Assembly: GCF_963506605.1 (NCBI RefSeq)
Contig: NC_083288.1
Location: forward strand, 29,078,001 to 29,142,000
Direction: 5' to 3'
DNA from: Zootoca vivipara
Taxonomy: Eukaryota
Length of the DNA stretch: 64,000 nucleotides
The position numbers and the translations under genes are program-made. Shown here in pieces: positions 1-11,634 of this stretch (position 1 is the stretch's first letter; each line of letters opens with the position of its first letter). The notes under the pieces were generated by a model. The model was not told the origin of the DNA and ran no database searches. It saw nothing but the letters and a program-made list of their open reading frames with translations.

Positions 1-31
1 CAGGTCGAGGAACAATATGTTTAAGTTAGGT

Positions 32-167
32 CAGGCATCCCCAAACTTCGGCCCTCCAGATGTTTTGGACTACAATTCCCATCTTCCCTGACCACTGGTC
101 CTGCTAGCTAGGGATCATGGGAGTTGTAGGCCAAAACATCTGGAGGGCTGCAGTTTGGGGATGCCTG
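32..167. mobile_element. Palindromic non-autonomous hAT-type MITE (136 bp)
   Basis: TIR CAGGCATCCCCAAACT...AGTTTGGGGATGCCTG; perfect 8-bp TSD AGTTAGGT (24-31, 168-175); related copies at 17543 and 42654. Confidence 0.85.
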
Positions 168-1024
168 AGTTAGGTAGTTGGTAGTTAGGTATATTCATGC
201 TGGCTTCAGGGGCTAAATATAATTCAAAATTAACTTTCAACTGGTTGCTGATACATCCAATTTTTAAGAATAATATTTTTATTGAATTACAGAAAATTAC
301 AGTGGTTATTGTCTTTACTCCTAAATCTATACACAATTGTACATTGCATCATTTTGTTTTTGTTTTGTTTTTTTAAAAATTACAACTATGTGTGTCTTTA
401 AAAGGCTCACAATTCACAATCTCACAAATTGTTCCTAATATTCATTGCTAACTGGATAATTTGAAGAGATCCAGCAACATCATCTGTATATATTGAACTT
501 TAGATAATATAATGCACTGTTCCAAGTTACAAAGACAGGCAGAATACTAGGAATTAGACTATTCCAAACATTCCACGGGGCACCATTTCACAATGGGTGG
601 CTTGGAATTTTGTCTGCAAAAACTACCAAAGACCTCCATGCTCCATGTTCTGCAGTTCTAAATAAGGATAAAGCACAAGAAAGGCTTATGTATGTGCAAA
701 AGGCATATCCCTCAATTGTGTGCACTGATCAGGAACCCCCTGTATCATTTTTTTTAAAAAAAACAAGCTATTTATACACTGGGATACTGCCATTCTATAC
801 TTGTATTTTCAGCAGTAATACCAATGAGTTCAGGGGAGCTTATACTTAGGTAAGTGGATATAGATTGCTTACTAAAATGTGCTTGTTATTTATGCACCAT
901 GTTTGATTCTTAAGTACAAAATATATCATCTGAAACATCTTACATCAGCTAAACATAAACAATATCCTTTTGTCAACCTTTTCTTTCAGTTCACATATTT
1001 TTAAGAATGCTGCTCTAAAAGGAT

Positions 1025-1975
1025 CTAGAGCATTCTTGGGAGTATTGGAAGCAGCCTGCTTCTTCCATGAAATGTCTTGAGTGCTTCTTTAAAATCTTTG
1101 TTTCTCAGTGAATATATAAGTGGATTAACAACAGGGGGTACCACTGTATAAAGGAGAGAAACAAATTTGTCTTTGTCTGGGGAGTAGTCAGAGGACGGCC
1201 GGATATATGTGTAGATGATTGAGAAGAAGTAAAAACTTACTACAATGAGATGTGAGGAACATGTGGAGAAAGCCTTCTTCTTCCCTTCAGTGGAACGAAT
1301 TCTAAAGATAGCTCTCATGATAAACAAATAGGATATTAAGGTTAACCCACAACTTCCAATCCCAAATATCACATCTGCCACCAAAGCCATGGTTTCGTTC
1401 AGGCTGGTGTCAGAGCTTGAGAGCTCTAAAAGTGGAGGAAGATCACAGAAGAAATGGTTGATGATGTTAGAGTTGCAGAAGGACAGTTGCAGCACAAGTA
1501 CAGTGTGAATGGCAGAATTTCCCATTCCAGCAACCCACACTCCACTTGCTATGCCAAAACACACTTCCTTCCTCATAATGACTGTGTACTGCAAAGGATT
1601 ACAGATAGCAACATAGCGGTCAAAAGCCATAAATGAGAGAAGAAAAATCTCTGTTCCTAAAGCCCATATGAATAGATACACCTGTGTGATGCAGCCATAA
1701 AAGGAGATGGTCTTTGTGTGGGTCCAAAGAGTCTGGAGCAATTTAGGAGTTGTAACAGAGATGGAAAACACATTCACTAAGGACAGGTTGATGAGAAGGA
1801 AGTACATGGGTGTGTGGAGTTTTCTGCAACTGCATATGGTGAAGATGAGGAGGAAGTTCCCAGCCAAAGCAGTAGCATAGATAAATGTAAATACCCAAAA
1901 GAGAAGAGTCTGTAGTTCCAGGGAGCTGCTTAGGCTGACCAGTGTAAACTCCATAGCAGTAGACTGGTTTTTCAT
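1025..1975 (-). CDS. Olfactory receptor, class II, family 13-like (316 aa)
   Basis: Intronless 7TM ORF with NQS sequon, LHTPMYFLL, MAFDRYVAICNPLQY, KAFSTCSSH, PPVVNPLIYSLRN; AG splice acceptor about 25 nt upstream of the ATG. Confidence 0.96.
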   Translation of the reverse strand: MKNQSTAMEFTLVSLSSSLELQTLLFWVFTFIYATALAGNFLLIFTICSCRKLHTPMYFLLINLSLVNVFSISVTTPKLLQTLWTHTKTISFYGCITQVYLFIWALGTEIFLLSFMAFDRYVAICNPLQYTVIMRKEVCFGIASGVWVAGMGNSAIHTVLVLQLSFCNSNIINHFFCDLPPLLELSSSDTSLNETMALVADVIFGIGSCGLTLISYLFIMRAIFRIRSTEGKKKAFSTCSSHLIVVSFYFFSIIYTYIRPSSDYSPDKDKFVSLLYTVVPPVVNPLIYSLRNKDFKEALKTFHGRSRLLPILPRML

Positions 1976-4094
1976 GTCAATACCTCTGATGTTGATGACC
2001 TAGACAGGCAAATTGTGTTAACTTGGTTATCCAGATATGGTAGAAACTTAGTTTTTTTTCCATTCACTTTCTCCCTCTCTCACTAACACACGAGATTTGG
2101 CAACTTCTTTCTTCAGTTGGCAAATATTTGTAATGCAATTATTCTTTCATTTGAGATCACAAAAGAATCAGAACTTATTTTGTGTCTCATGGCTAACAAT
2201 ATACTTTCATTCATTATTAAATTGGCTGCCTTTTCATTAAAGAGCAGCATCTACTACATCCTAAATAACTTGTTAGTTGATCTTTATAACCTAAATTGTC
2301 TTAATATTAGCTTCTTATGGACTGCAAAGCCTTGAAATAAATAGTAAATAAATAAGGCCTAAATAACCCAATTTCAACCTTATATCCATCCTCGGTTGGT
2401 AAATATCTGTGGGATGTAATCCACGTCCCTAACATTCCCACAATATCAACATTACTAACAATAGGCTGCCTAAATCGTTCCACCAGTTTTTGAAAGTTTT
2501 CCACAATTCAAATTCTTCTCTAGGATTTGGTTAATCAGAAAATAGTTATAGTCAAATCTTCTGTGTCCTTCTTTTAAAAACACTTACATGCAGTCATCAT
2601 AACTCAGCCAGAAATTTAAAATATTCTCATTCAGATCCAACTGGGCTGTTTCAAAGCCCATAAATATAGATATATGTGAATATCTGAAAATAGGTTGACA
2701 TTTTTTTTGTGCAAGAAGTTAGAGTTCAGAGATTTAAGTGATTGTGTGAAAAATCATTGCTTGCAAAATGCTATGTGAAATACTATGTCAAGCCACATAT
2801 TACAAACCCTTTAAATGGGGTTTGGCAAAACACAAGTCATTTATTATCCTTTAATAATTAACCAATTTACATGATGAAGAAACCCTTAAGTAAGATGAAA
2901 TATTTACCTTCATCCCTATTTGCTCTTTTGTATCGTTGCTGGTATTTTATAACTTGCAGCCAATTGCCTCCTATAAGTTGGATGTCTGATGAAAACAGCT
3001 TTGATCTCATTGTAGACAGGCTTTCTAGGGAAGCTATCAGCTACCTTTAAATTTTACTTTTATTGAAGTGATGGTGCCACTGGGAAGAGGGACTCTGAGG
3101 CACCTGGAAGATGATGAAGATTTGTTCTATTCATTCTGTTGATGTCAACATGTACTATAGCCCATTTTCCAAATACAGTTATGATTCAAATTTCAATGTT
3201 GACAATGCTTCATTTCCAAAAGGAGTCAGTTTTCACTTCAAACTGCACAATAGTAATATCTGCAATAATATATTGTCACTTCTTGCTTTTAACCTTTGCC
3301 ATACATTGCTTGATCCCTATATATAAGATTAATTCTAGGAGGAAATTTAGTGTCATCTAAATATTACTTTGTAGATGTTTTGCTTCAAGATATGCTTTCA
3401 AACCCACAAAGTATCTAGTGGGATCTCTTGTCCCATATCTATCCCCCATTTGAATTGATAGGTGTTCATTAACACATTTAAACCCCAGTGCATTCCAAGG
3501 TATTATAGAGTACCTTGGGAGGGGGGAGGCAAAAGAACATGATGTAACTAACAGAGCAATAATAATACTCTGAGGAAGGGGAAATGACATTTAGTCAAAC
3601 CATCACATCTAAAGCCCATGCCTCACTTAGTCCTTGTTTTGGAGAGTTATATATCTCTGGGATGGAAATAAGCTACACCAGCTCTAGGACTGTCATAGTT
3701 TCAATGACAGATCAGGAGAGTGGAAAACTTTTGGGCTCTGTGTATCGACAGCCTCTCCCAGCACACCTCTTTTTTACACTCTCTGACACCAAAGTTCCAA
3801 TGTAGAGAAGCAACAGATGTGATTGATTTTCTCTCCATCTGCAGAGAGAGAAATCTAGAAATTTATATTGTCCTTCAAATATCTTATCAACGGTCATAGC
3901 ATTAATTTATAAATTGACTGGCTTAGTACAGGTAATTTTTTAAAATACCTAGCCAAAGGCAGGTTCATCTAGCCCCCATTTTGATGAATGAATGGATGAA
4001 GGGAGGAGGGAAATTATACCGTTATTGCTCTTATTCTTGTTTTTACTACTACAACTTTGGTGGTTCTATTTTTTATAGAAAACAGGCTGTCTGG

Positions 4095-4735
4095 CTTATC
4101 CCTTAGCTGGTCTGATATGCTTGAGAGATGACAGTGGTGCAACCCAGACCCAGTGGGAATTAATCGTGCTTGGAAAAGGGCTAGCCACGCAGTTAGGTGC
4201 TGCGTATTGCAACAGAGTGGATGGGTGATCCAGCACCCCAATATTACATTCTCAGAAGAGACTCTGTTTAGGTCTGATGGCATGCACCTTTTCTCCACAG
4301 GAAATGATATTTGGCTGGCAGACATTGAAGGAAGTATCAGGGCTTGAATGCAGATGTGAGTGGTTCGGCAGTGACTGTTTTGCTCGATTGGCGGTTGGGG
4401 CATTGGGACAATCCTTTGTCTTTGATGGAGGGGAAGTTGTAGTCTCCACCTGCCCCTCCAAACGCTGGGGTATCCTGATAAAGGGATCCAAGGGGAGTGG
4501 TCATGTCTGTGTGCCTGTGTGCCCAAGGCTGATGGTACTCCCCCAGGCAACAGTCCCTGCGGGGAGCCACCTATTTCATGTAAGTTTTAGGAATCCACTC
4601 CTGGGTTGACCTACACATCATTTCCGGTGGGTGAGCCGGAAGTATTCAATAAAATTGTGGCCTGTTTTAATCCAAACCAGACTTAGTGGTCTTTTATTTA
4701 TCTGGGGGTTGGGGATTGGGGAGCATGATGCCTGG
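4095..4735 (+). mobile_element. 3' fragment of a Ngaro/DIRS-like tyrosine-recombinase retrotransposon with an SGNH-hydrolase remnant
   Basis: ORF remnant ...LFRSDGMHL...GNDIWL resembles SGNH block V (DGxH); terminal motif AATAAAATTGTGGCC resembles those at about 25.7, 37.6 and 61.3 kb. Confidence 0.6.
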
Positions 4736-4757
4736 ACCTGCAAGTACTTTGGTGGCA

Positions 4758-4955
4758 CAGTGGTACCTCGCAAGACGAATGCCTCGTGCAACGAAAAACT
4801 CGCAAGAGAAAAACGTTTTGCGATGTTTTCGGCGCTTCGCAAGACGAAGTTTTCTACGGCTGCGCTTTTCAAGATGAAGTTTTTTGGTGGTTTTTGTTTG
4901 TTTGTAGACGAAGCGATTCACGGAAAGAATTACTTTCGTCTTGCAAGGTACCACT

Positions 4956-4956
<1 letters not shown>
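4758..4956. mobile_element. Tc1/mariner (Tigger/pogo-like) MITE
   Basis: TIR CAGTGGTACCTCGCAAGACGAA / TTCGTCTTGCAAGGTACCACTG followed by TA; same family as 9808-10742. Confidence 0.8.

Positions 4957-5005
<49 letters not shown>
4957..5005. repeat. (ATT)n microsatellite
   Basis: Direct reading. Confidence 0.95.
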
Positions 5006-5198
5006 GAAAACAGGCTGTCTGGATTATTCACTACTGGGGGGAATTCCTGGTGAGCTGGAATTTAAAAGAAATTTGTGAGTTTGGAGGCTGTATCATATGA
5101 ACTAACTCCCAGGGGCCAAGCCCCCTTCAGCCCCCCAATAAAATATTTGAGGGGGCTGTCTGGGTCCCCCAAAACCTGATGGGCATTGCCATTCAAAT

Positions 5199-5199
<1 letters not shown>

Positions 5200-5254
<55 letters not shown>
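5200..5254. repeat. (GT)n microsatellite
   Basis: Direct reading. Confidence 0.95.
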
Positions 5255-5258
<4 letters not shown>

Positions 5259-5450
5259 GTCTTGTGAATAATTATGCAGGGTAGGACTTACCTGCCCCCC
5301 ATATTTTATTCAAGTTGTGTACATATCAAATTTGGTGAAGTTCTACCAAATCAGGAACAATATCTTCAGTGGCATCAAAAATTACTTGTTTTGGACGTTG
5401 CATGCCCCAAATCATGTGAAGTCATACCCAAGTCATGTTTTGGTCTACCA

Positions 5451-5777
5451 CAGGGGTGCCATCTTCTAAGGACTGAGCCCTTTTGCCTCCCCCCATTTTT
5501 AAAGGGGGCAGAGGAGGAAAAGCATGGAGCCAAGTTTGGCACAGCTTCAATGACTGGCTCCTCCTACTCCTGCTGGTGCTACAGAGAGGAAGCAGTAGGG
5601 AAGCAGCCCCTGGCTGCTGCTGGTGGCAGCAGCAGCAGGAGAAGTCATCATGGCCATTGAAGCCACCCTGTCAATACACTGCCACTGTGTTTGGCTCCGT
5701 CCTGGCAATTCCCAACATCATGACATCAAACTCTGTGATGTCAGCCCCCCATTCTCCCTTGGAAGTTGGCGCCTCTG
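5451..5777. mobile_element. Degraded hAT-type non-autonomous element
   Basis: Ends CAGGGGTGCCA / TGGCGCCTCTG; imperfect 8-bp TSD GTCTACCA / GTTCACCA. Confidence 0.5.
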
Positions 5778-5869
5778 GTTCACCATCTTGATTCAAAGTG
5801 GCACTTGGCATCCAAATATTGATGAAAACCACAGGCCCCACCTCAGGAACTCTCATGCTGAGTTTGATG

Positions 5870-5997
5870 ATATAATGATAATAATTTATTATTTATACCC
5901 TGCCCATCTGGCTGGGTTTCCCCAGCCACTCTGGGCGGCTTCCAACAGAAAAATAAAATACAACAATCTACTAAGCGTTAAAAGTCTGCACAGGGCT
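5870..5997 (-). mobile_element. L2 LINE 3' end fragment
   Basis: Matches the L2 terminus at 11635-11730 (CCCATCTGGCTGGGTTTCCCCAGCCACTCTGGGCGGCTTCCAACA) plus an AT-rich tail. Confidence 0.75.
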
Positions 5998-7012
5998 GAT
6001 AATATATTGAGAGATGGTCAAACCTATTGAGAACAGAAAACCACTTTTCAAAATTTGTAGTAGATTATGATAAGAAACTAAAATGTTTGTGCCACAATTT
6101 TTTTTCTAATGTTACATTAGCCATGTAGAACAGGTCAGACATCACAATCAGAGACTTATTACGGTGTTATGGGGTGGGGTGGGAGGAGAATTTGAGGAAA
6201 GTATTGGAAGTAGGCCAATCCCAGGATTGGATTCATTTCACTTGCTCTGATTGGAAAACACCAGGGATGAAATGATGCAATGTTTTGATGAGTCTTCAGA
6301 GGGGTTGTTATCCTTATTGCAATACAATGTAATTTAGCAAGGAACTTTTATGATAAATTGAAGACAAAGGAGGGGTTCGTGTGATGTCATTTCATAAACA
6401 AACTAAAATTTTAATTGTTCCTTTAGGGTCCAATATGGAGTTGCTTCGAGAATTGTTCTTCTTGTAGTCACCTATATATCATTCTACACATTCATATCGG
6501 CATGTTGTCGCCCACTGAGAGCATTGTAGCATTATCTGTGTTCTATGGTAACAGGACTAACCTAAGTAGTAAGAGAACACAATCATGGAAAAGCAGTACT
6601 TTGATGACATGTAAATATGCTATCTTTTGGTCTTTTCATAAGAAGCAATTATTTGCCTTAGTCCTTGCAGCACATCACTAAAATATATTGTGAGTTATAG
6701 AAATGTTACTATTTGGTGATATATCACAGTAATGTTTATGATAGCTGTTGTGCTTTCTAGCCATTCCATGTGGCTAGAATTCTTAATAATAAATGTGAGC
6801 TTTAAAAACAGCAGTGCCAAAAGGCTTAAATTTTAATATAGATGCTCCAATATAACAGTTAGCTTTAAAGGAAGTGAAATAAATGTTGATAGAAAAGAAA
6901 GATTAAAGCAACTGTCTATTGATATAAAACATTACTTTAACTACACTTGTTTTTCATAGTTGTTGATTCATGTTATCGAGAAGCTATCATTGACATTCTT
7001 ATGCATCAACAG

Positions 7013-7952
7013 ATCATGTGGCCAAGTTGCAGTAAGGAACAGTAGCTGTGTGACTGCATTCATGATGATGGGCCTCTCTGAGCATCCCAAGCTGCAGATC
7101 TTCCTCTTCATTCTCTTCCTTTCTATTTATATAGTTGCCCTGATTGGAAATGTAGCAATCATTGCTGCCATCCTTTCTTATCCCAAACTTCACACACCCA
7201 TGTATTTCTTCCTGTTCCATTTGGCTGTGGTGGATATAGTCTGCACTTCCACCATCATTCCCAAGATGCTGACAAACATAGCAACGTTTAGCAAGAGAAT
7301 CTCCTATTCTGGCTGCATAGCCCAGCTCTATTCTTTCACATGGTGTTTGGGAGCTGAGATGGTACTCTTCACTGTCATGGCTTATGATCGCTATGTAGCT
7401 ATATGCCATCCCTTGCGTTATAGCATCATGATGAACAAGACGGTATGTGTAGCACTCTCCACAGTGGTGATCCTTATTGCCATTACGAACTCATGGGTTC
7501 ACACTGGATTGATTATGCGGCTCACTTTCTGTGGCCCCAATGGTATCAATCACTTCTTCTGTGAGATTCCTCCACTTCTGGCTCTCTCCTGCAGCCCAGT
7601 AAGAATCAATGAAGTCTGGGTCTTCACAGCAGACATCTTTCTTGCTATGGGGGATTTCTTAATAACATTCTTATCTTACTGCTTCATTGTTAAGGCAATC
7701 TTAAACATCAGGACCTCTGAAGGGAAGAAGAAGGCTTTCTCCACTTGCTCATCGCATCTCATTGTTGTGTCCTTATATTACTCGACCGTCATCTATACTT
7801 ACATACGACCAGCCTCCAGCTACTCCTTTGAGCGAGACAAGGTAGTTGCTGCCCTATACACACTGGTTACGCCAACTCTGAATCCTATAGTCTACACTTT
7901 AAGAAATAAGGATGTCAAAGCAGCTCTCAGAAAAGTATTCCTCAACTCGTGA
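7013..7952 (+). CDS. OR13G1: Olfactory receptor 13G1-like coding exon (start unresolved; first in-frame ATG at 7062)
   Basis: Open frame 6960-7952 with all OR motifs; FTWCLGAEMVLFTVMAYDRYVAIC, CEIPPLLALSCSPVRINEV and YTYIRPASSYSFERDKVVAALYTLVTPTLNP closely match mammalian OR13G1 as I recall it; candidate acceptor AG at 7011-7012. Confidence 0.9.
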
Positions 7953-8049
7953 ATTAAGTAAGAACATTTTACTCTTTTTCTCCAGCAGAATTGCAGTATT
8001 ATATTCAGAGCTCCGGTTCTTGATTTTGGGGTGGTTTATTTGGGGTATG

Positions 8050-8545
8050 CATCTTAAAAAGCAGAGACATCACCTTGCCGACAAAGGTCCGTATAGTTAA
8101 AGCTATGGTTTTCCCAGGAGTGATGTATGGAAGTGAGAGCTGGACCATCAAGAAGGCTGATCGCTGAAGAATTGATGCTTTTGAATTATGGTGCTGGAGG
8201 AGACTCTTGAGAGTCCCATGGACTGCAAGAAGATCAAACCTATCCATTCTTAAGGAAATCAGCCCTGAGTGCTCCCTGGAAGGACAGATCGTGAAGCTGA
8301 GGCTCCAATACTTTGGCCACCTCATAAGAAGAGAAGAATCCTTGGAAAAGTCCCTGGTGTTGGGAAAGATTGAGGGCACTAGGAGAAGGGGACGACAGAG
8401 GACGAGATGGTTGGACAGTGTTCTCGAAGCTATGAACATGAGTTTGACCAAACTGCGGGAGGCAGTGCAAGACAGGAGTGCCTGGCGTGCTATGGTCCAT
8501 GGGGTCACGAAGAGTCGGACACAACTAAACGACTAAACAACAACA
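8050..8545 (+). mobile_element. RTE-BovB LINE, 5'-truncated
   Basis: C-terminal ORF remnant (LRVPWTARRSN...LQYFGHL...GTRRRGRQRTRWLD), (CAA)n tail, imperfect ~11-bp TSD TTT(G/T)GGGTATG; about 100 bp after the OR stop codon. Confidence 0.92.
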
Positions 8546-9029
8546 TTTTGGGTATGTGTGTGTAGATGGGAACAAATGTACATTTGTGTATTTGTAGGTA
8601 AATGGGTGAAACGTCTCCACTCAAAAACAGTATATTGCAGGTGATGAGAAATATTAAAGTTCTACCAGTAGAATATATACAGTACAGAGCAATCCTAACT
8701 ATAGAAAGCCAGTGTAACCTAGACTGGTGTAGGTTATCACTATTCCAAATGTTGTTCAGGAGGAATTTTTCCAGCTATGTTCTGCCCAGCTGTTGGGTCA
8801 TGCACCAAGCTGAAAGCAGTTTGAAATAGGTATAAGTCTCCCCCTATTCCATCCCACGCCTGCCACATCCCCAGAATACCCCTTCTGGTGGAAGTTCTGT
8901 TGACTGAACCCTGGCTGAGACTGGTGAGAGACTTTTGCTGCCATAACCATGGCTCTGCCAAGAAAGCCCAAGGTCAACCAGATCCAAACTCTTTCATCCC
9001 AGTGGACCTTGGGTTTCTACTGCACTGAT

Positions 9030-9165
9030 NNNNNNNNNNNNNNNNNNNNNNNNNNNNNNNNNNNNNNNNNNNNNNNNNNNNNNNNNNNNNNNNNNNNNNN
9101 NNNNNNNNNNNNNNNNNNNNNNNNNNNNNNNNNNNNNNNNNNNNNNNNNNNNNNNNNNNNNNNNN
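9030..9165. other. Assembly gap
   Basis: Run of N. Confidence 1.
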
Positions 9166-9375
9166 GGGTTTCCCCAGCCACTCTGGGTGGCTTCCAACAG
9201 AAACATGAAATAAAACAATCTATTAAACATCAAAAGTCTGCCTAAACAGGGCTGTCTTCAGATGTCTTCTAACAATCTGGTAGCTGTTTTTTTTCTTTGA
9301 CATCTGATGGGAGGGTGTTCCACAGGGCGGGTGCCACCACCGAGAAGGCCCTCTGCCTGGTTCCCTGCAACTTGC
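9166..9375 (-). mobile_element. L2 LINE 3' fragment
   Basis: Colinear with 11645-11848. Confidence 0.8.
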
Positions 9376-9807
9376 ATTTGTACCTATGTTAAGAAAAAAG
9401 CTTCATTAATACACGACCCCTTAATTAAATTATTTAAAAGCATATAGAAATAAAAATGTTGAGGGTACCTTTAAAAATCACTAATGAAATGGCATTGTTG
9501 GTATATTTCATGGGTGATCATATTCAATGAATATGGGGCTGCAACACTGAAAAGGTCTTCCCCCTCATGTGAGAGATGTTATTTTTGATCAAAATGGACA
9601 GTTCTCAGAATATTGAAGCTGCCTTGACTGTGTATGGATATTTATGTGTTGCTGTTTTTTTAAAAAAAAAATGGGGGGAATGGTGCATTGCCTCACTTCT
9701 TCCTTTACACCACCTCTCCAGGGGTGACACAGGCTGCCATCGTCCTTAGTCTCAATCCTGCCTTGCTGGTACTCAGCAAATACTACCTTTGTCTCCCTAC
9801 AGACATA

Positions 9808-10742
9808 CAGTGGTACCTCACTAGACGAATGCCTCACAAGACTGTAGAGAGAGATTTGCTAATTGTACTATTGAGCTAAATCTGATCCTATAGTTTGCAT
9901 TGCCTGCATTGTATGAATTCTGACTGTATGGCTTAGCCCCCCCCCCCATATGCCTCTGTGCATTTCAGTGCCACTGTGTCAAAGTGTAATGAAAACATTC
10001 AACAGCTAGACAGGATGGCCTTGCCAGAGAGCACAAGGTCTGCAGTCTGCATCAGGAGATGCTCAAGGTCTACACCAGGAGATGACACATATATCAGGCA
10101 CAAGAGGCAAGATAGTCAGGGACTCAAACCCCCCCTCCCCTCAAGGCTGCTTGAGGATGCTACCAGGGTAGCATGAGTCAGCATGTGTTTACAAGAAGAA
10201 CCAGACACAGGAAGATCCATATATGTACTTGTAATTCATGACCCCCTTGTGTGCACGTTTATTTACAGAGGAGGGGGGAAGGAGCCCAAGAAGTGTATAA
10301 GAATGTTTGCAAATTTGTGTTTCTTTACTCTTGTCGTGAATATGGAGCACCAATAGTCTCTCTAATTAGAGATTAAACTCTTTCTCTGAATGGAACTCAA
10401 CCCCCGGTGTCATTATTGACCATCTCTGTCCCTGCCTGGGCGCAACTTAAGAACCCTTAGTAGCTAATAAGGCTACAAGACGAAAAACTCGCAAAACGAA
10501 AGCGTTTTTGCGATTTCAAGGAGACTCGCAAGACAAAGTTTCCTATGGTGCACTTCGCAAGACGATTTTTTTGTCCCATAGGGTGCCTCGCAAAACAAAC
10601 CCCCCCCCCCGCCGTCTTGCGAGGCACCCTATGGGAAACCGCACTTCAATGCATTCCTATGGGAGCTGCTTCACAAAACAAATTTTTCGCTATACGAAGC
10701 GACTCGCGGTACGAATTAAATTTGTCTAGCGAGGCACCACTG
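9808..10742. mobile_element. Tc1/mariner-type MITE interrupted by a solo LTR
   Basis: TA|CAGTGGTACCTCACTAGAC ... GTCTAGCGAGGCACCACTG|TA; the two halves rejoin across the insert at 9843-10477. Confidence 0.85.
9843..10477 (+). mobile_element. Solo LTR (635 bp; ERV1- or Gypsy-type)
   Basis: Termini TGTAG...CTACA; 4-bp TSD AGAC (9839-9842, 10478-10481); TATAA at about 10296 and ATTAAA at about 10371. Confidence 0.8.
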
Positions 10743-11202
10743 TAAACAGATGCAGTGGTACAGGAGGGTCTTTAAGGCCAAAGGAGCATTTGCCCATTAA
10801 GAGTCTTCAGTAGACTTTTCGCTCTCTCTCCCTTTGCCATCTCTCTGAATATAATTACAAGTTTGTGTGTCCAATTTGTATGCCACCTATATGGCCAGTC
10901 TTTTTTACTTGGTAAAGATATTGCATTCTAATCACTACTAATCACAGTGTCTCTCTTGTGTAATCAATCTGTATTTTATTCTGAGCTGTGGTTTCTTACC
11001 TGATTGCTTTTCCCTCCTGATATACATATCGGAAGTGTAATTTGCCCTGAGGTGTGCCATGGCTCTAAGCTTAAGACCTGCATTAGTGAAGAAACCAAAT
11101 GTTGTTACCTGAATTCTGGGAGCATCCCCCATTGCCAAAATACTCAGATAATTTCTTACTCATTTCTTATTCACATTTCTTATTATTAACTTATTTCTTA
11201 TT

Positions 11203-11590
11203 CTCAGCGGCTTTTGATACCATCAACCATAACATCCTTCTGGACCATCTAGAGGGGTTGGGAGCTGGGGGCACTGTCATACAGTGGTTCCGCTCCTTCC
11301 TCCTGGGCCGTGTTCAGAAAGTGATGGTGGAGGATGAGTGTTCAGACCCCCGGGCTCTCACTTGAGGGGTGCCTCAGGGTTCCATCATCTCCCCCATGCT
11401 TTTTAATATCTACATGCAGCCGCTGGGAGAGATCATCAGGGAGTTTGGGCTGGGTGTTCATCAGTATGTGGATGATACCCAGCTCTACCTCTCTTTCAAA
11501 TCAGAACCAGTGAAGGTCCTGTGTGAGTGCCTGGAGGCGGTTGGAGGATGGATGGAGGCTAACAGATTGAGGTTGAATCCTGACAAGACA
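11203..11590 (+). mobile_element. L2 LINE reverse transcriptase fragment
   Basis: SAAFDTINH...GVPQGSIISPMLFNIYM...HQYVDDTQLY...LRLNPDKT with an in-frame stop. Confidence 0.9.
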
Positions 11591-11634
11591 CCCAGCATCC
11601 ACTATAATAATTATCTGCACACCCAGCATCCACT

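Noticed and set aside
4631-5053. ORFs with poly-Ile or poly-Tyr runs
   Set aside because: They are translations of a MITE and the (ATT)n microsatellite
6423-6547. Possible upstream exon ending ATG|GTAACA as the start for the OR13G1-like gene
   Set aside because: It is phase 0, while the acceptor at 7013 needs phase 2, so the join would be out of frame
6960-7012. TTG start and N-terminal extension given by the ORF track
   Set aside because: Non-ATG start in a vertebrate; the sequence looks intronic and ends in a candidate acceptor AG
8005-8536. Several 94-167 aa ORFs
   Set aside because: They are sense and antisense frames of the BovB fragment
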